From Escherichia coli (GTDB taxonomy: Bacteria > Pseudomonadota > Gammaproteobacteria > Enterobacterales > Enterobacteriaceae): a DNA stretch of 64,000 bases. Shown piece after piece: positions 52,314 through 61,889 of this stretch. The DNA lies in NCBI RefSeq assembly GCF_044647545.1, contig NZ_CP172818.1; one strand, 5' to 3'. The position numbers and the translations under genes were made by a program. The stretch's first letter is position 1. Each line of letters begins with the position of its first letter. The notes under the pieces were generated by a model, which worked only from the letters and a program-made list of their open reading frames with translations, was not told the origin of the DNA and did no database searches.

Positions 52314-54023
52314 TTATTTCAGCGGCGAGTTTTTACGCTCAATGCTGTAGCGCTCGAGTTCTTTGTACGGCACCACTTTGCTCTTCTTCTTACGTACATC
52401 GACCACGGTCATGCGGTCGGTACAGGAGTAGCAAGGGTCCAGGCTACCGATAATCAACGGCGCATCGGAAACGGTGTTGCCGCGCAGCATGTAGCGCAGG
52501 GTCGGCCAGTTTGCGTAGGTCGCCGCACGGCAGCGCCAGCGGTACAGCTTCTGGTTGTCGCCGGTCATGCTCCAGTGGATATCGTCGCCGCGCGGCGCTT
52601 CGGCAAAGCCCAGCGCGAAACGGTGCGGAATGTAGGTAAAGCCTTCCACCATCAGCGGGCCGCCCGGCAGGTTATCCAGACCGTAATCGATCATATTCAG
52701 CGCGGTATAGACTTCGTTGATACGCACTTTCAGACGGGAAATAACGTCGCAGCCCTGCTCGCTGTGGACTTCCATTGGCAGCAGGCCATAACCAACAAAC
52801 GGGTGATCGGCACGGGTATCACGGGCGTGACCGCTGGCACGGACCATCGGGCCAACGTTACTGAAGTCGCGAGCGATTTCCGGGTCCAGACGACCAATAC
52901 CGACGGTGCGTTGTTCCATGTTCGGTGTGCTCAGCAGCACATCCACCAGCTCCTGCACTTCACGACGCATCTGTTGTGCCAGCTGGCGGGTCTGGATCAT
53001 GTCGTCTTTCAGCAGATCGCGACGAATCCCGCCGATCAGGTTCAGGCCGTAGGTTTTACGTGCACCGGTAAGGATCTCTGCCATTTTCATGGAGGTTTCA
53101 CGCACGCGGAAGAACTGCATAAAGCCGGAGTCGAAGCCGGTAAAGTGACAGGCGAGGCCGAGGTTGAGCAGATGCGAGTGCAGGCGTTCTACCTCCAGCA
53201 GAATGGCGCGGATCATCTGCGCACGTTCTGGCACCTGAATACCCATCGCGTTTTCCACCGACGTGGTGTAGGCGGTGCTGTGAGCAAAGCCGCAGATCCC
53301 GCACACACGGTCAGAGAGGAAGGTCACTTCGTTGTAACCCATGCGGGTTTCCGCCAGTTTTTCCATGCCGCGATGGACATAGAACAGGCGGTAGTCGGCG
53401 TCGATAATGTTTTCGCCATCGACGAACAGACGGAAGTGGCCCGGTTCGTCAGAAGTGACGTGCAGCGGACCAATCGGCACGACATTGTTTTTCTTGTCGC
53501 CCAGTTCGTTGATGAACTCGTAGGTTTCAGCATCGGTAGTCGGTGCCGGACGCTGACGATAATCCATGCTGTCTTTACGCAGCGGATAAAGTTCATCCGG
53601 CCAGTCATCCGGCAGCACCAGACGACGTTCATCCGGAAGCCCTACCGGAATCAAACCGTACATATCGCGCACTTCGCGCTCGCCCCACACCGCCGCCGGA
53701 ACGCGCGGTGTCACGGACGGATATTCCGGTTTGTTGGCGTCAACTTCGACGCGCACGGTTATCCAGCATTTGGTGCCCTTCTCCATCGACAGCACGTAGT
53801 AAACGGCGTAATGACCATTCAGTTTGCGTTCGTCGTTACCAAACAGCACCGACAGCCAGCCACCCTGCTTGTAATAGAGAAACTCCACCACTTCCGGCAG
53901 GTAGTTTACCTTCACGGTCACGGTCAGCTGATCTTTGGTCTGCCAGGCGTGGTCCAGCACGACGCCCGGAAATGCCTCATTCAGCGCGGCGAGATAATGT
54001 TGACCTAATTTTTCTTCAGACAT
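52314..54023 (-). CDS. hycE: hydrogenase 3 large (NiFe catalytic) subunit
   Basis: ORF track frame 52314..54044; start placed at ATG 54023 (MSEEKLGQHYLAALNEAF...). Confidence 0.95.
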   Translation of the reverse strand: MSEEKLGQHYLAALNEAFPGVVLDHAWQTKDQLTVTVKVNYLPEVVEFLYYKQGGWLSVLFGNDERKLNGHYAVYYVLSMEKGTKCWITVRVEVDANKPEYPSVTPRVPAAVWGEREVRDMYGLIPVGLPDERRLVLPDDWPDELYPLRKDSMDYRQRPAPTTDAETYEFINELGDKKNNVVPIGPLHVTSDEPGHFRLFVDGENIIDADYRLFYVHRGMEKLAETRMGYNEVTFLSDRVCGICGFAHSTAYTTSVENAMGIQVPERAQMIRAILLEVERLHSHLLNLGLACHFTGFDSGFMQFFRVRETSMKMAEILTGARKTYGLNLIGGIRRDLLKDDMIQTRQLAQQMRREVQELVDVLLSTPNMEQRTVGIGRLDPEIARDFSNVGPMVRASGHARDTRADHPFVGYGLLPMEVHSEQGCDVISRLKVRINEVYTALNMIDYGLDNLPGGPLMVEGFTYIPHRFALGFAEAPRGDDIHWSMTGDNQKLYRWRCRAATYANWPTLRYMLRGNTVSDAPLIIGSLDPCYSCTDRMTVVDVRKKKSKVVPYKELERYSIERKNSPLK

Positions 54024-54040
54024 GCTCAAACTCTCTTTAA

Positions 54041-54964
54041 TCACGCCGCCAGCAAGGAGACGAACGCTAAAAATGCAAAGCCAAACCCAGCCCAGGTAAT
54101 GCGCGGAGTAATATCAAGACGCAGACGGGCCATGCTGTTTTCGAACAGCGCGATAACCAGTACGCCGACCACCAGTTTGACGATGGCAATCACCAGTGCC
54201 AGCAGCAGCCCACCGACGGTGAAGGTTTCCATTTGTCCCCACGGAATAAACACCCCGACGAACATCTGCAACACCACCAGCTGTTTCAGGCTGATGCCCC
54301 ATTTCATGACGCCAAAACCGCTGCCGCTGTACTCAGAGAGCGGACCTTCCTGCAACTCCTGCTCGGCTTCCGCCAGGTCGAACGGCAGTTTGCCCATTTC
54401 GATAAAAGTGGCGAACGCACAGGCACAAAGCGCCAGCACCAGCGGGATGCTCTGGCTCAGTGGCCAGTGATAAACGGTGTCGGTGATGTTGCTGATGTTG
54501 GTGGAACCGGCAACCTGTGCGGCGACCCACAGACCAAGCAGCAGCATCGGTTCAACCAACACGCCAAGCATCGCTTCACGGCTCGCGCCGATAGCGGTAA
54601 ACGGGCTACCGGTATCCAGACCAGAAATGGCAAAGAAGAAACGCGCGATGGCGAAGAGATACAGTAAGGTGATCAAATCGCCCAGTTGCGGCAGCGGAGA
54701 ACCCACGGTCACCACCGGCAGCGCAGTGGCGATAGTCAGCATGACGCCCACCATCACATACGGCGTCAGGCGGAACACCCAGCCGGAGGCATCCGGGCCA
54801 ACGCTCTGGCGACCCAGCAGTTTGATAATGTCGCGATACTCCTGCAACACGCCCGGCCCGCGACGGTTATGCAAGCGGGCGCGCGCCACGCGGGTTATAC
54901 CGGAGAGCAGCGGCGCAACGGCAAATAACACCAGCGCCTGAATTAACGGATATAAAACACTCAT
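54041..54964 (-). CDS. hycD: formate hydrogenlyase membrane subunit (NuoH-like)
   Basis: ORF track 54041..54964, 307 aa. Confidence 0.95.
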   Translation of the reverse strand: MSVLYPLIQALVLFAVAPLLSGITRVARARLHNRRGPGVLQEYRDIIKLLGRQSVGPDASGWVFRLTPYVMVGVMLTIATALPVVTVGSPLPQLGDLITLLYLFAIARFFFAISGLDTGSPFTAIGASREAMLGVLVEPMLLLGLWVAAQVAGSTNISNITDTVYHWPLSQSIPLVLALCACAFATFIEMGKLPFDLAEAEQELQEGPLSEYSGSGFGVMKWGISLKQLVVLQMFVGVFIPWGQMETFTVGGLLLALVIAIVKLVVGVLVIALFENSMARLRLDITPRITWAGFGFAFLAFVSLLAA

Positions 54965-54966
54965 TC

Positions 54967-56793
54967 TCAGGCTCCTCGTGAAACAATAATCACCACCAGC
55001 ACCGCCAGTTCAACCAGCGCCATCCGGCGGAACAGCAACGCACTCCCCTCGCACTGCCAGCCCGGCACCAGCGACACCGGATTCAGCCATTTGCGTAGTT
55101 TCAGCACCGGCGCAAACGCCTGTTTCACCGGCATGGCAAAACCGTGAGCGGTAATCACCATTGATTTTTCATGATCGTAGCCGCACACCCAGGCCGCGCC
55201 GCGGGAACGCGACGGCAAACGATCGCCTTTGCAAATCGCCATAATGATGAATGGCAGCAGCGGGCAGGCAATCAGCAGCAACGTGATCATGGGTTGAGAA
55301 ACGGTGGTGTTAGCAGGCTCCAGCGGCAGAGGTACAGCAGCAGAGAGCATCGGCAGTAGCCACGGCGCAGCAACACCGCCAATTACGCAGCAAATCGCCA
55401 GTGCCACTACGCTTACGCTCATCAGGAGCGGCGCACAGGTGGCGTTTTCGGCCTCTTTGGTACGCGGCGCGCCGAGGAAAGTAACGCCATAAACTTTCGC
55501 CATACACATCACCGCCAGCGCACCGGTAATTGCCAGCCCCACGGCAAGCAGCGGCCCGAGAAGACGGGCAACAAACGCGCCACTATTGCTCAGTTTGAAG
55601 AAGGATTGATAGATAACCCATTCCCCGGCAAACCCGTTCAGCGGCGGCAGCGCAGCCATTGCCATCAGCCCGACTAACATGGCGATGGAGATAACCGGCA
55701 TTTTCTTGCCAATACCACCGAGTTTTTCGATATCGCGATGACCGGTACGGAACCAGACGCTCCCCGCCCCGAGGAAAAGCACGCTTTTGAACAGGCTATG
55801 GTTAAGCAGATGGTACAGACCACCAACCAGACCAAGGGCAATCAGCGCCGGTTGTTCGAGCGCGATACCCGTTACGCCAGCGCCCAGCCCCAGCAGGATA
55901 ATGCCGATATTTTCCAGGGTGTGGTAAGCCAGCAGGCGCTGGATGTTATGCTCCATCAGCGCATACAGACCACCGACGAACGCGGTGATCATACCGAGCA
56001 CCAGCAGCGCGATCCCCCACCACAGCGGTGCGTTACCGCCCAGCAGTGACAGGGTTAAAATGCCCAGCAGGCCAATTTTCATGACTACCGTAGAAAACAA
56101 CGCGGCAGCTGGCGCAGAGGCGTTAGCATGTGCCTGCGGCACCCAGCCGTGCAGCGGAATAATCCCTGCCAGCAGACCAAAGCCAATCACACCGAGCAGC
56201 CAGATATCGGAACCGAGCGGCAGCTGTTGCATACGCATATCCAGCAGGCGCAGATCCAGCGTGCCGTAACGCTGCCACAGCAGCCAGCAAGCAATCGCCA
56301 GCAGCAGAGTGCCAAGACGTCCCAGAGCAAACCACAGTTTGCCCTCTTTGCTGTTGCTGGTGAGGAACACCGCACACAGGGCCATGATTTCGGCCATTAC
56401 CACGAACATGCCGAGGTTGCTGGCGATGACGGCACAGACGGCGGCAGCCATCAACATATTGATCTGCAAGCCGTTGCACTTCACCTGCGCGTGGCGATGC
56501 CAGTCAATGTTGTAGAGGCTGATAAACAGACCGCACAGACCGAGCGTAATCAGCCAAATCGCGTTAAGCGGAGAGATTTGCACATCGTAGCTTACCAGCG
56601 ACAGCGCACCGCTCACGCCAACCGCGCCAGTCAGCACTGTGAAGCCCGCGGCTGCCGTATACAGGCCACCCACCGCGCCGCCAATTCCGGCTATCCAGCC
56701 GCTTAGCGCCTTTTGAAAAGAAAAGAGAAATGCCAGAACAGCGGCGGCGACAAACCACGCCACGCCGCTATTGATCAGGGAAATTGCGCTCAT
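54967..56793 (-). CDS. hycC: formate hydrogenlyase membrane subunit (NuoL-like)
   Basis: ORF track 54967..56793, 608 aa. Confidence 0.95.
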   Translation of the reverse strand: MSAISLINSGVAWFVAAAVLAFLFSFQKALSGWIAGIGGAVGGLYTAAAGFTVLTGAVGVSGALSLVSYDVQISPLNAIWLITLGLCGLFISLYNIDWHRHAQVKCNGLQINMLMAAAVCAVIASNLGMFVVMAEIMALCAVFLTSNSKEGKLWFALGRLGTLLLAIACWLLWQRYGTLDLRLLDMRMQQLPLGSDIWLLGVIGFGLLAGIIPLHGWVPQAHANASAPAAALFSTVVMKIGLLGILTLSLLGGNAPLWWGIALLVLGMITAFVGGLYALMEHNIQRLLAYHTLENIGIILLGLGAGVTGIALEQPALIALGLVGGLYHLLNHSLFKSVLFLGAGSVWFRTGHRDIEKLGGIGKKMPVISIAMLVGLMAMAALPPLNGFAGEWVIYQSFFKLSNSGAFVARLLGPLLAVGLAITGALAVMCMAKVYGVTFLGAPRTKEAENATCAPLLMSVSVVALAICCVIGGVAAPWLLPMLSAAVPLPLEPANTTVSQPMITLLLIACPLLPFIIMAICKGDRLPSRSRGAAWVCGYDHEKSMVITAHGFAMPVKQAFAPVLKLRKWLNPVSLVPGWQCEGSALLFRRMALVELAVLVVIIVSRGA

Positions 56794-57401
56794 TTAGCCT
56801 CTCCACTTTGAGCCTGCTGAAACAAGGTGAGATCGCCAAAGTCCGTGTTAAAAGTCAGCTCACGCTTACGTTTGCTGACGCGGGCGATATCGGTGTTATC
56901 CACCAGATGCAGGGCTTTAGTCGGGCACATCCGCACGCAGGCCGGACCTTGTTCATCAAAACTACAAAGGTCACATTTGACGGCGATCGCGCGAATACCT
57001 GGCACCCAGTCAAGCAATGTGCTGACACGCGCCGGAGCAGGCGGTGCCGGTGGCGCTTTCGGGGTATTGGCGTTTGCCGGAATATCCAGCGGACGGCTGC
57101 CGGAAAATTCAATTGCGCCAAACGGGCAGGCGATGCCGCACAGTTTGCAGCTTACGCACAGACTTTCATTCAACTGCACGGCCCCATCAACGCGGGTGAT
57201 GGCGTTAACCGGGCAAACCACCGCACAGGGCGCATCTTCACAGTGGTGACAGAGCTGCGGCGCAGATTCTTTTTCATTGAGCATCACTCGCAGGCGCGGC
57301 ATTGATTGCAGGCCGTGCTGGCGATGCGTCTCTGAACAGGCGGCCTCACAGGTGTGGCAGCCGATACAGAGCGTGGAGTCAGCAATTACAAAACGATTCA
57401 C
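56790..57401 (-). CDS. hycB: formate hydrogenlyase 4Fe-4S electron transfer subunit
   Basis: ORF track 56790..57401, 203 aa; initiation codon read in sequence is GTG (plus-strand cac at 57399-57401) with GAGGA RBS. Confidence 0.95.
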   Translation of the reverse strand: MNRFVIADSTLCIGCHTCEAACSETHRQHGLQSMPRLRVMLNEKESAPQLCHHCEDAPCAVVCPVNAITRVDGAVQLNESLCVSCKLCGIACPFGAIEFSGSRPLDIPANANTPKAPPAPPAPARVSTLLDWVPGIRAIAVKCDLCSFDEQGPACVRMCPTKALHLVDNTDIARVSKRKRELTFNTDFGDLTLFQQAQSGEAK

Positions 57402-57525
57402 CAGGCATTCCTCAGGTGATTGTCATTTTTGACGAAAACATGCCGATGAAATGTCATTTTCGACACTCATCGACACGCCCATCCCCAAACAGGCGTAACG
57501 CCTGCAAAACGGGCAAAGCCTCAGC

Positions 57526-57987
57526 TCATGCTGCCGGGCTTTGTCCCTTTACCAGTTGGCTTAAATTCACCGGCACATTGTTTTCAATGGCGGTGTATAA
57601 GCTGTCGTAAACGCCAGCGATTTTTTCGAGATAGTGTTCCAGAACCTGTTCGCGATCGCGGATGTTGACCTTGCCATCAATCATGCCGTCAATGCTCAGT
57701 TGCGCCTGCGCAATCCGCTGTTTGTCTTCACCCTCTTTCGTTTCGACGTAATACTCGATGGTGTGGCTGTTAAAGCCATCCGCCAGGGTGACGTAAATAC
57801 GAAAATGTTCAAAAAGGACGAAACAGAGTTCTTTGTCCGGCGCGCAGCTCATGGCGTGATGCAGGCGCGCTTTCGATAACGTGATCCCCTGAACCAGCGA
57901 ATTGCAGTAGATGTGCCACTGGTCCTGTAGGCGACGATGCCGCTGTGCGATGTAATCGGCTTTCTCGCTTATTTCCCAAATAGTCAT
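57526..57987 (-). CDS. hycA: formate hydrogenlyase regulatory protein HycA
   Basis: ORF track 57526..57987, 153 aa. Confidence 0.95.
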   Translation of the reverse strand: MTIWEISEKADYIAQRHRRLQDQWHIYCNSLVQGITLSKARLHHAMSCAPDKELCFVLFEHFRIYVTLADGFNSHTIEYYVETKEGEDKQRIAQAQLSIDGMIDGKVNIRDREQVLEHYLEKIAGVYDSLYTAIENNVPVNLSQLVKGQSPAA

Positions 57988-58022
57988 TGTCAGGTTACCC
58001 GTTTAACAGAGATGCCAGCTTT

Positions 58023-58040
58023 AAGCATTTTTTATGCCAA
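58023..58040 (-). promoter_or_regulatory. candidate sigma54 promoter of the hyc operon
   Basis: Minus strand reads TGGCAT-aaaaaa-TGCT with GG-N10-GC spacing, about 35 bp upstream of the hycA start; hyc is known to be sigma54/FhlA-dependent. Confidence 0.6.
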
Positions 58041-58152
58041 CTTTTAATTCATTGTTATTAAAACGATTTTTAAGCTAAAGATGAATTTCGTCGCCGTGTC
58101 GACGTGTCATTTCGACATCATCGACATTATTCACCGCAGGGATAATCAACAC

Positions 58153-58168
58153 TGGCACAATTATTGCT
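58153..58168 (+). promoter_or_regulatory. sigma54 promoter of the hyp operon
   Basis: TGGCAC-aatta-TTGCT, about 30 bp upstream of the hypA ATG. Confidence 0.75.
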
Positions 58169-58198
58169 TGTAGCTGGCAATAGTTAATGGGAGGCGAT

Positions 58199-58549
58199 AT
58201 GCACGAAATAACCCTCTGCCAACGGGCACTGGAATTGATCGAACAGCAGGCCGCAAAACACGGCGCAAAACGCGTAACTGGGGTCTGGCTCAAAATTGGC
58301 GCATTTTCTTGTGTCGAAACCAGCTCTCTTGCCTTTTGTTTTGATCTGGTTTGCCGCGGCAGCGTGGCGGAAGGTTGTAAACTGCACCTCGAAGAACAAG
58401 AGGCCGAATGCTGGTGTGAAACATGCCAACAGTATGTGACGCTACTGACCCAGCGCGTCCGCCGCTGTCCACAGTGTCATGGCGACATGCTACAAATTGT
58501 GGCAGACGACGGTTTACAGATTCGGCGGATAGAAATAGACCAGGAGTGA
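58199..58549 (+). CDS. hypA: hydrogenase nickel insertion protein HypA
   Basis: ORF track frame 58187..58549; start placed at ATG 58199 (MHEITLCQ...) with GGGAGG RBS; CxxC...CxxC zinc motif. Confidence 0.95.
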   Translation: MHEITLCQRALELIEQQAAKHGAKRVTGVWLKIGAFSCVETSSLAFCFDLVCRGSVAEGCKLHLEEQEAECWCETCQQYVTLLTQRVRRCPQCHGDMLQIVADDGLQIRRIEIDQE

Positions 58550-58552
58550 GCG

Positions 58553-59425
58553 ATGTGTACAACATGCGGTTGCGGTGAAGGCAACCTGTATATCGAGGGT
58601 GATGAACATAACCCTCATTCCGCGTTTCGTAGCGCGCCATTTGCCCCGGCGGCACGCCCGAAGATGAAAATCACCGGCATTAAAACGCCTGAATTTACCC
58701 CCAGCCAGACTGAAGAAGGCGACCTGCATTACGGTCATGGCGAAGCGGGCACTCACGCGCCGGGCATGAGCCAGCGTCGGATGCTGGAAGTCGAAATTGA
58801 CGTGCTGGACAAAAATAACCGTCTGGCTGAACGCAACCGCGCGCGCTTTGCTGCCCGCAAGCAACTGGTGCTCAACCTGGTTTCCAGCCCTGGTTCCGGT
58901 AAAACCACCCTGCTGACGGAAACCTTAATGCGCCTGAAAGACAGCGTTCCGTGCGCGGTTATTGAAGGCGATCAGCAAACCGTGAACGATGCCGCACGCA
59001 TTCGTGCTACCGGCACACCAGCGATTCAGGTGAATACCGGTAAAGGCTGCCATCTCGACGCTCAGATGATTGCCGACGCCGCACCGCGCCTGCCACTGGA
59101 CGATAACGGTATTCTGTTTATCGAAAACGTTGGCAACCTGGTATGCCCGGCCAGCTTCGATCTCGGTGAAAAACACAAAGTGGCGGTGCTTTCCGTTACC
59201 GAAGGTGAAGACAAACCGCTGAAATATCCGCACATGTTTGCCGCCGCCTCGCTGATGCTGCTCAACAAAGTTGACTTGCTGCCGTATCTCAATTTCGACG
59301 TTGAGAAGTGCATCGCCTGCGCCCGTGAAGTCAATCCAGAAATTGAAATCATCCTTATTTCCGCCACCAGCGGCGAAGGGATGGACCAGTGGCTGAACTG
59401 GCTGGAGACACAGCGATGTGCATAG
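58553..59425 (+). CDS. hypB: hydrogenase nickel-binding GTPase HypB
   Basis: ORF track 58553..59425, 290 aa; N-terminal CxxCGC motif; GTPase P-loop GSPGSGKTT. Confidence 0.95.
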   Translation: MCTTCGCGEGNLYIEGDEHNPHSAFRSAPFAPAARPKMKITGIKTPEFTPSQTEEGDLHYGHGEAGTHAPGMSQRRMLEVEIDVLDKNNRLAERNRARFAARKQLVLNLVSSPGSGKTTLLTETLMRLKDSVPCAVIEGDQQTVNDAARIRATGTPAIQVNTGKGCHLDAQMIADAAPRLPLDDNGILFIENVGNLVCPASFDLGEKHKVAVLSVTEGEDKPLKYPHMFAAASLMLLNKVDLLPYLNFDVEKCIACAREVNPEIEIILISATSGEGMDQWLNWLETQRCA

Positions 59426-59688
59426 GCGTTCCCGGCCAGATCCGCACCATTGACGGCAACCAGGCGAAAGTCGACGTCTGCGGCATTCAGCGCGATGTCG
59501 ATTTAACGTTAGTCGGCAGCTACGATGAAAACGGTCAGCCACGCGTAGGCCAGTGGGTACTGGTTCACGTTGGCTTTGCCATGAGCGTAATTAATGAAGC
59601 CGAAGCGCGCGACACTCTCGACGCCTTACAAAACATGTTTGACGTTGAGCCGGATGTCGGTGCGCTGTTGTATGGCGAGGAAAAATAA
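59416..59688 (+). CDS. hypC: hydrogenase maturation chaperone HypC
   Basis: ORF track frame 59389..59688; start placed at ATG 59416 (MCIGVPGQ...); 90 aa. Confidence 0.95.
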   Translation: MCIGVPGQIRTIDGNQAKVDVCGIQRDVDLTLVGSYDENGQPRVGQWVLVHVGFAMSVINEAEARDTLDALQNMFDVEPDVGALLYGEEK

Positions 59689-60809
59689 TGCGTTTTGTTG
59701 ATGAATATCGCGCGCCGGAACAGGTGATGCAGTTAATTGAGCATCTGCGCGAACGTGCTTCACATCTCTCTTACACCGCCGAACGCCCTCTGCGGATTAT
59801 GGAAGTGTGTGGCGGTCATACCCACGCCATTTTTAAATTCGGCCTCGACCAGTTGCTGCCGGAAAACGTTGAGTTTATCCACGGTCCCGGTTGCCCGGTG
59901 TGTGTACTGCCGATGGGTAGAATCGACACCTGCGTGGAGATTGCCAGCCATCCGGAAGTCATCTTCTGTACCTTTGGCGACGCCATGCGCGTACCAGGGA
60001 AACAGGGTTCGCTGTTACAGGCAAAAGCGCGCGGTGCCGATGTGCGCATCGTTTACTCGCCGATGGATGCGTTGAAACTGGCGCAGGAGAATCCAACCCG
60101 CAAAGTGGTGTTCTTCGGCTTAGGTTTTGAAACCACCATGCCGACCACCGCCATCACTCTGCAACAGGCAAAAGCCCGCGATGTGCAGAATTTTTACTTC
60201 TTCTGCCAGCACATTACGCTCATCCCAACACTGCGCAGTTTGCTGGAACAGCCGGATAACGGTATCGACGCGTTCCTCGCGCCCGGCCACGTCAGTATGG
60301 TGATTGGCACTGATGCCTATAATTTTATCGCCAGCGATTTTCATCGTCCGCTGGTGGTGGCTGGTTTCGAACCGCTTGATCTACTGCAAGGCGTGGTCAT
60401 GCTGGTGGAGCAGAAAATAGCGGCCCACAGCAAGGTAGAGAATCAGTATCGTCGGGTGGTGCCGGATGCCGGTAACCTGCTGGCGCAACAGGCGATTGCC
60501 GATGTGTTCTGTGTCAACGGCGACAGCGAATGGCGCGGCTTAGGCGTGATTGAATCTTCTGGTGTACACCTGACGCCGGATTATCAACGATTCGATGCCG
60601 AAGCGCATTTCCGCCCGGCACCGCAGCAGGTCTGCGATGACCCGCGCGCACGTTGTGGAGAAGTATTAACGGGCAAATGTAAGCCGCATCAATGCCCGCT
60701 GTTTGGTAACACCTGTAATCCTCAAACCGCGTTTGGTGCGCTGATGGTTTCCTCCGAAGGAGCGTGCGCCGCGTGGTATCAGTATCGTCAGCAGGAGAGT
60801 GAAGCGTGA
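59688..60809 (+). CDS. hypD: hydrogenase maturation Fe-S protein HypD
   Basis: ORF track 59688..60809, 373 aa. Confidence 0.95.
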   Translation: MRFVDEYRAPEQVMQLIEHLRERASHLSYTAERPLRIMEVCGGHTHAIFKFGLDQLLPENVEFIHGPGCPVCVLPMGRIDTCVEIASHPEVIFCTFGDAMRVPGKQGSLLQAKARGADVRIVYSPMDALKLAQENPTRKVVFFGLGFETTMPTTAITLQQAKARDVQNFYFFCQHITLIPTLRSLLEQPDNGIDAFLAPGHVSMVIGTDAYNFIASDFHRPLVVAGFEPLDLLQGVVMLVEQKIAAHSKVENQYRRVVPDAGNLLAQQAIADVFCVNGDSEWRGLGVIESSGVHLTPDYQRFDAEAHFRPAPQQVCDDPRARCGEVLTGKCKPHQCPLFGNTCNPQTAFGALMVSSEGACAAWYQYRQQESEA

Positions 60810-61816
60810 ATAATATCCAACTCGCCCACGGTAGCGGCGGCCAGGCGATGCAGCAATTAATCAACAGCCTGTTTATGGAAGCCTTTGCCAACCCATGGCT
60901 GGCAGAGCAGGAAGATCAGGCCCGTCTTGATCTGGCGCAGCTGGTAGCGGAAGGCGACCGTCTGGCGTTCTCCACCGACAGCTACGTCATCGACCCGCTG
61001 TTCTTTCCTGGTGGCAATATCGGCAAGTTGGCGATTTGCGGCACCGCGAACGACGTAGCGGTCAGTGGCGCTATTCCGCGTTATCTCTCCTGTGGATTTA
61101 TCCTTGAAGAAGGATTACCGATGGAGACGCTGAAAGCCGTTGTGACCAGCATGGCAGAAACCGCCCGCGCGGCAGGCATTGCCATCGTTACTGGCGACAC
61201 TAAAGTGGTGCAGCGCGGCGCGGCAGATAAACTGTTTATCAACACCGCTGGTATGGGCGCAATTCCGGCGAATATTCACTGGGGCGCACAGACGCTAACC
61301 GCAGGCGATGTATTGCTGGTTAGCGGTACACTCGGCGACCACGGGGCGACTATCCTTAACCTGCGTGAGCAGCTGGGGCTGGATGGCGAACTGGTCAGCG
61401 ACTGTGCGGTACTAACGCCGCTTATTCAGACGCTGCGTGACATTCCCTGCGTGAAAGCGCTGCGTGATGCCACCCGTGGTGGTGTAAACGCGGTGGTACA
61501 TGAGTTCGCGGAAGCCTGCGGTTGTGGTATTGAAATTTCAGAAGCGGCACTGCCGGTTAAACCTGCTGTGCGCGGCGTTTGCGAACTGCTGGGACTGGAC
61601 GCCCTTAACTTTGCCAACGAAGGCAAACTGGTGATCGCCGTTGAACGCAACGCGGCAGAGCAAGTGCTGGCAGCGTTACATTCCCATCCACTGGGAAAAG
61701 ACGCGGCGCTGATTGGTGAAGTGGTGGAACGTAAAGGTGTTCGTCTTGCCGGTCTATATGGCGTGAAACGAACCCTCGATTTACCACACGCCGAACCGCT
61801 TCCGCGTATATGCTAA
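60806..61816 (+). CDS. hypE: hydrogenase maturation carbamoyl dehydratase HypE
   Basis: ORF track 60806..61816, 336 aa; C-terminal ...PRIC. Confidence 0.95.
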   Translation: MNNIQLAHGSGGQAMQQLINSLFMEAFANPWLAEQEDQARLDLAQLVAEGDRLAFSTDSYVIDPLFFPGGNIGKLAICGTANDVAVSGAIPRYLSCGFILEEGLPMETLKAVVTSMAETARAAGIAIVTGDTKVVQRGAADKLFINTAGMGAIPANIHWGAQTLTAGDVLLVSGTLGDHGATILNLREQLGLDGELVSDCAVLTPLIQTLRDIPCVKALRDATRGGVNAVVHEFAEACGCGIEISEAALPVKPAVRGVCELLGLDALNFANEGKLVIAVERNAAEQVLAALHSHPLGKDAALIGEVVERKGVRLAGLYGVKRTLDLPHAEPLPRIC

Positions 61817-61889
61817 TAAAATTCTAAATCTCCTATAGTTAGTCAATGACCTTTTGCACCGCTTTGCGGTGCTTTCCTGGAAGAACAAA

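Noticed and set aside
52575-54008. 477-aa ORF on the plus strand
   Set aside because: Antisense to hycE; composition-driven open frame with no independent support.
56128-56706. 192-aa ORF on the plus strand
   Set aside because: Antisense to hycC; rejected as a shadow ORF.
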